Sequence record: KT919973.1
Length of the DNA: 64,000 bases
Direction: 5' to 3' (one strand)
Shown here: in pieces, positions 63,352-64,000 of the stretch
How positions within the stretch are numbered: position 1 is the first letter of the stretch
Layout: every line of letters begins with the position of its first letter
The notes under the pieces: generated by a model
The model's input: the letters and a program-made list of their open reading frames with translations, nothing else
What the model was told of the DNA's origin: nothing
Database searches by the model: none
Made by a program: the position numbers and the translations under genes

Positions 63352-63999
63352 ATGAGCTTTGTGAAATACACATCATTAGAAAACAGCTACCGTCAAGCAT
63401 TCGTAGACAAATGTGACATGCTTGGCGTCAAAGAATGGGTAGCTCTTGAGAAGATCCACGGTGCCAACTTCAGTTTTATCGTCGAATTCAAACCAAGCAC
63501 TGAGGAAGTACCTGGAGAGATGTCTGTAACGCCCGCTAAACGCACTTCTACTATTGGCGCTAATGCTATGGGTGATTACGACTTCTACGGTTGTACGAGC
63601 GTTGTAGAAGCTCACATCGAAAAAATGCAAGATATCTCAAATTGGCTATTTGCCAATGATTTTATCAAAAACGATGAAACGATCATCGTCTATGGTGAAC
63701 TTGCAGGTAAAGGCATTCAAAAAGAAGTCAACTACGGTGATAAAGATTTCTGGGCTTACGATATCTTATGCCCAGAAACCGGTGAGTTTCTAGATTGGGA
63801 TGTTGTGCTCAAAGCATGTAAGTTTGCTGGAGTCAAGACGACTCACGAAATCGCACGCGGTACACTTGATGAACTACTTAAAATCGATCCCCTCTTCAGA
63901 AGCTTTCACACGCCCGCTGACGTTGATAGTGAAAACGTAGCAGAAGGGTTCGTAGTTAAGCAATTGAAAGCGGAGAAACGCTTACACAACGGTTCTCGT
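63352..63999 (+). CDS. rnl2: RNA ligase 2, 3'-truncated by the window edge (absent from the ORF track)
   Basis: MSFVKYTSLENSY, WVALEKIHGANFS, VYGELAG..IQK.V.YG, F.AYDI and AEGFVVK. Confidence 0.93.
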   Translation, partial: MSFVKYTSLENSYRQAFVDKCDMLGVKEWVALEKIHGANFSFIVEFKPSTEEVPGEMSVTPAKRTSTIGANAMGDYDFYGCTSVVEAHIEKMQDISNWLFANDFIKNDETIIVYGELAGKGIQKEVNYGDKDFWAYDILCPETGEFLDWDVVLKACKFAGVKTTHEIARGTLDELLKIDPLFRSFHTPADVDSENVAEGFVVKQLKAEKRLHNGSR

Positions 64000-64000
64000 G

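Noticed and set aside
63376-63630. 84-aa minus-strand ORF listed in the track
   Set aside because: It is the shadow of the plus-strand rnl2 gene, which the track missed because it has no stop codon in the window.
1-64000. tRNA or rRNA genes
   Set aside because: No cloverleaf with a GTTCGA T-loop and acceptor stem was seen in any intergenic gap; gaps are short and explained by promoters or terminators. A tRNAscan run would be definitive.

Overview
This 64-kb window is the replication and nucleotide-metabolism arm of a large T4-like myovirus. It is most similar by recognition to KVP40/nt-1-type vibriophages (Schizotequatrovirus), inferred from gene content, order and remembered protein sequences, not from a database search. 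Core genes: td (5'-truncated), fused topoisomerase gp39/60, ligase gp30, gp24, gp55, gp47/gp46, gp45/44/62, regA, gp43, rnlA, spanins, pseT, cd, gp31, gp49 and rnl2 (3'-truncated). Accessory systems: (1) A 7-deazaguanine DNA-modification cluster (queD, folE, dpdA-like, queF, queC, gat; no queE in the window). It is interrupted by an antisense HNH endonuclease and by a two-gene cassette encoding a GIY-YIG nuclease fused to an NPPY methyltransferase half, plus a separate SAM-binding half. (2) About eleven proteins start with a T4 internal-protein-like capsid-targeting leader ending in an L-x-E prohead-protease site, most of them behind late-promoter-like TAAATA motifs. They include an Alt-like ADP-ribosyltransferase, a second ART-like protein, a methyltransferase, an HExxH protease and a five-member paralog family with variable C-termini. 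(3) An NAD/ADP-ribose toolkit (Sir2, NADAR, macrodomain). (4) Repeated terminator/early-promoter cassettes with mosaic identical segments. (5) A 9-bp-period iteron-like array. No tRNA, rRNA or CRISPR array was found. Start sites were adjusted by eye where an RBS supported a different start from the ORF track.
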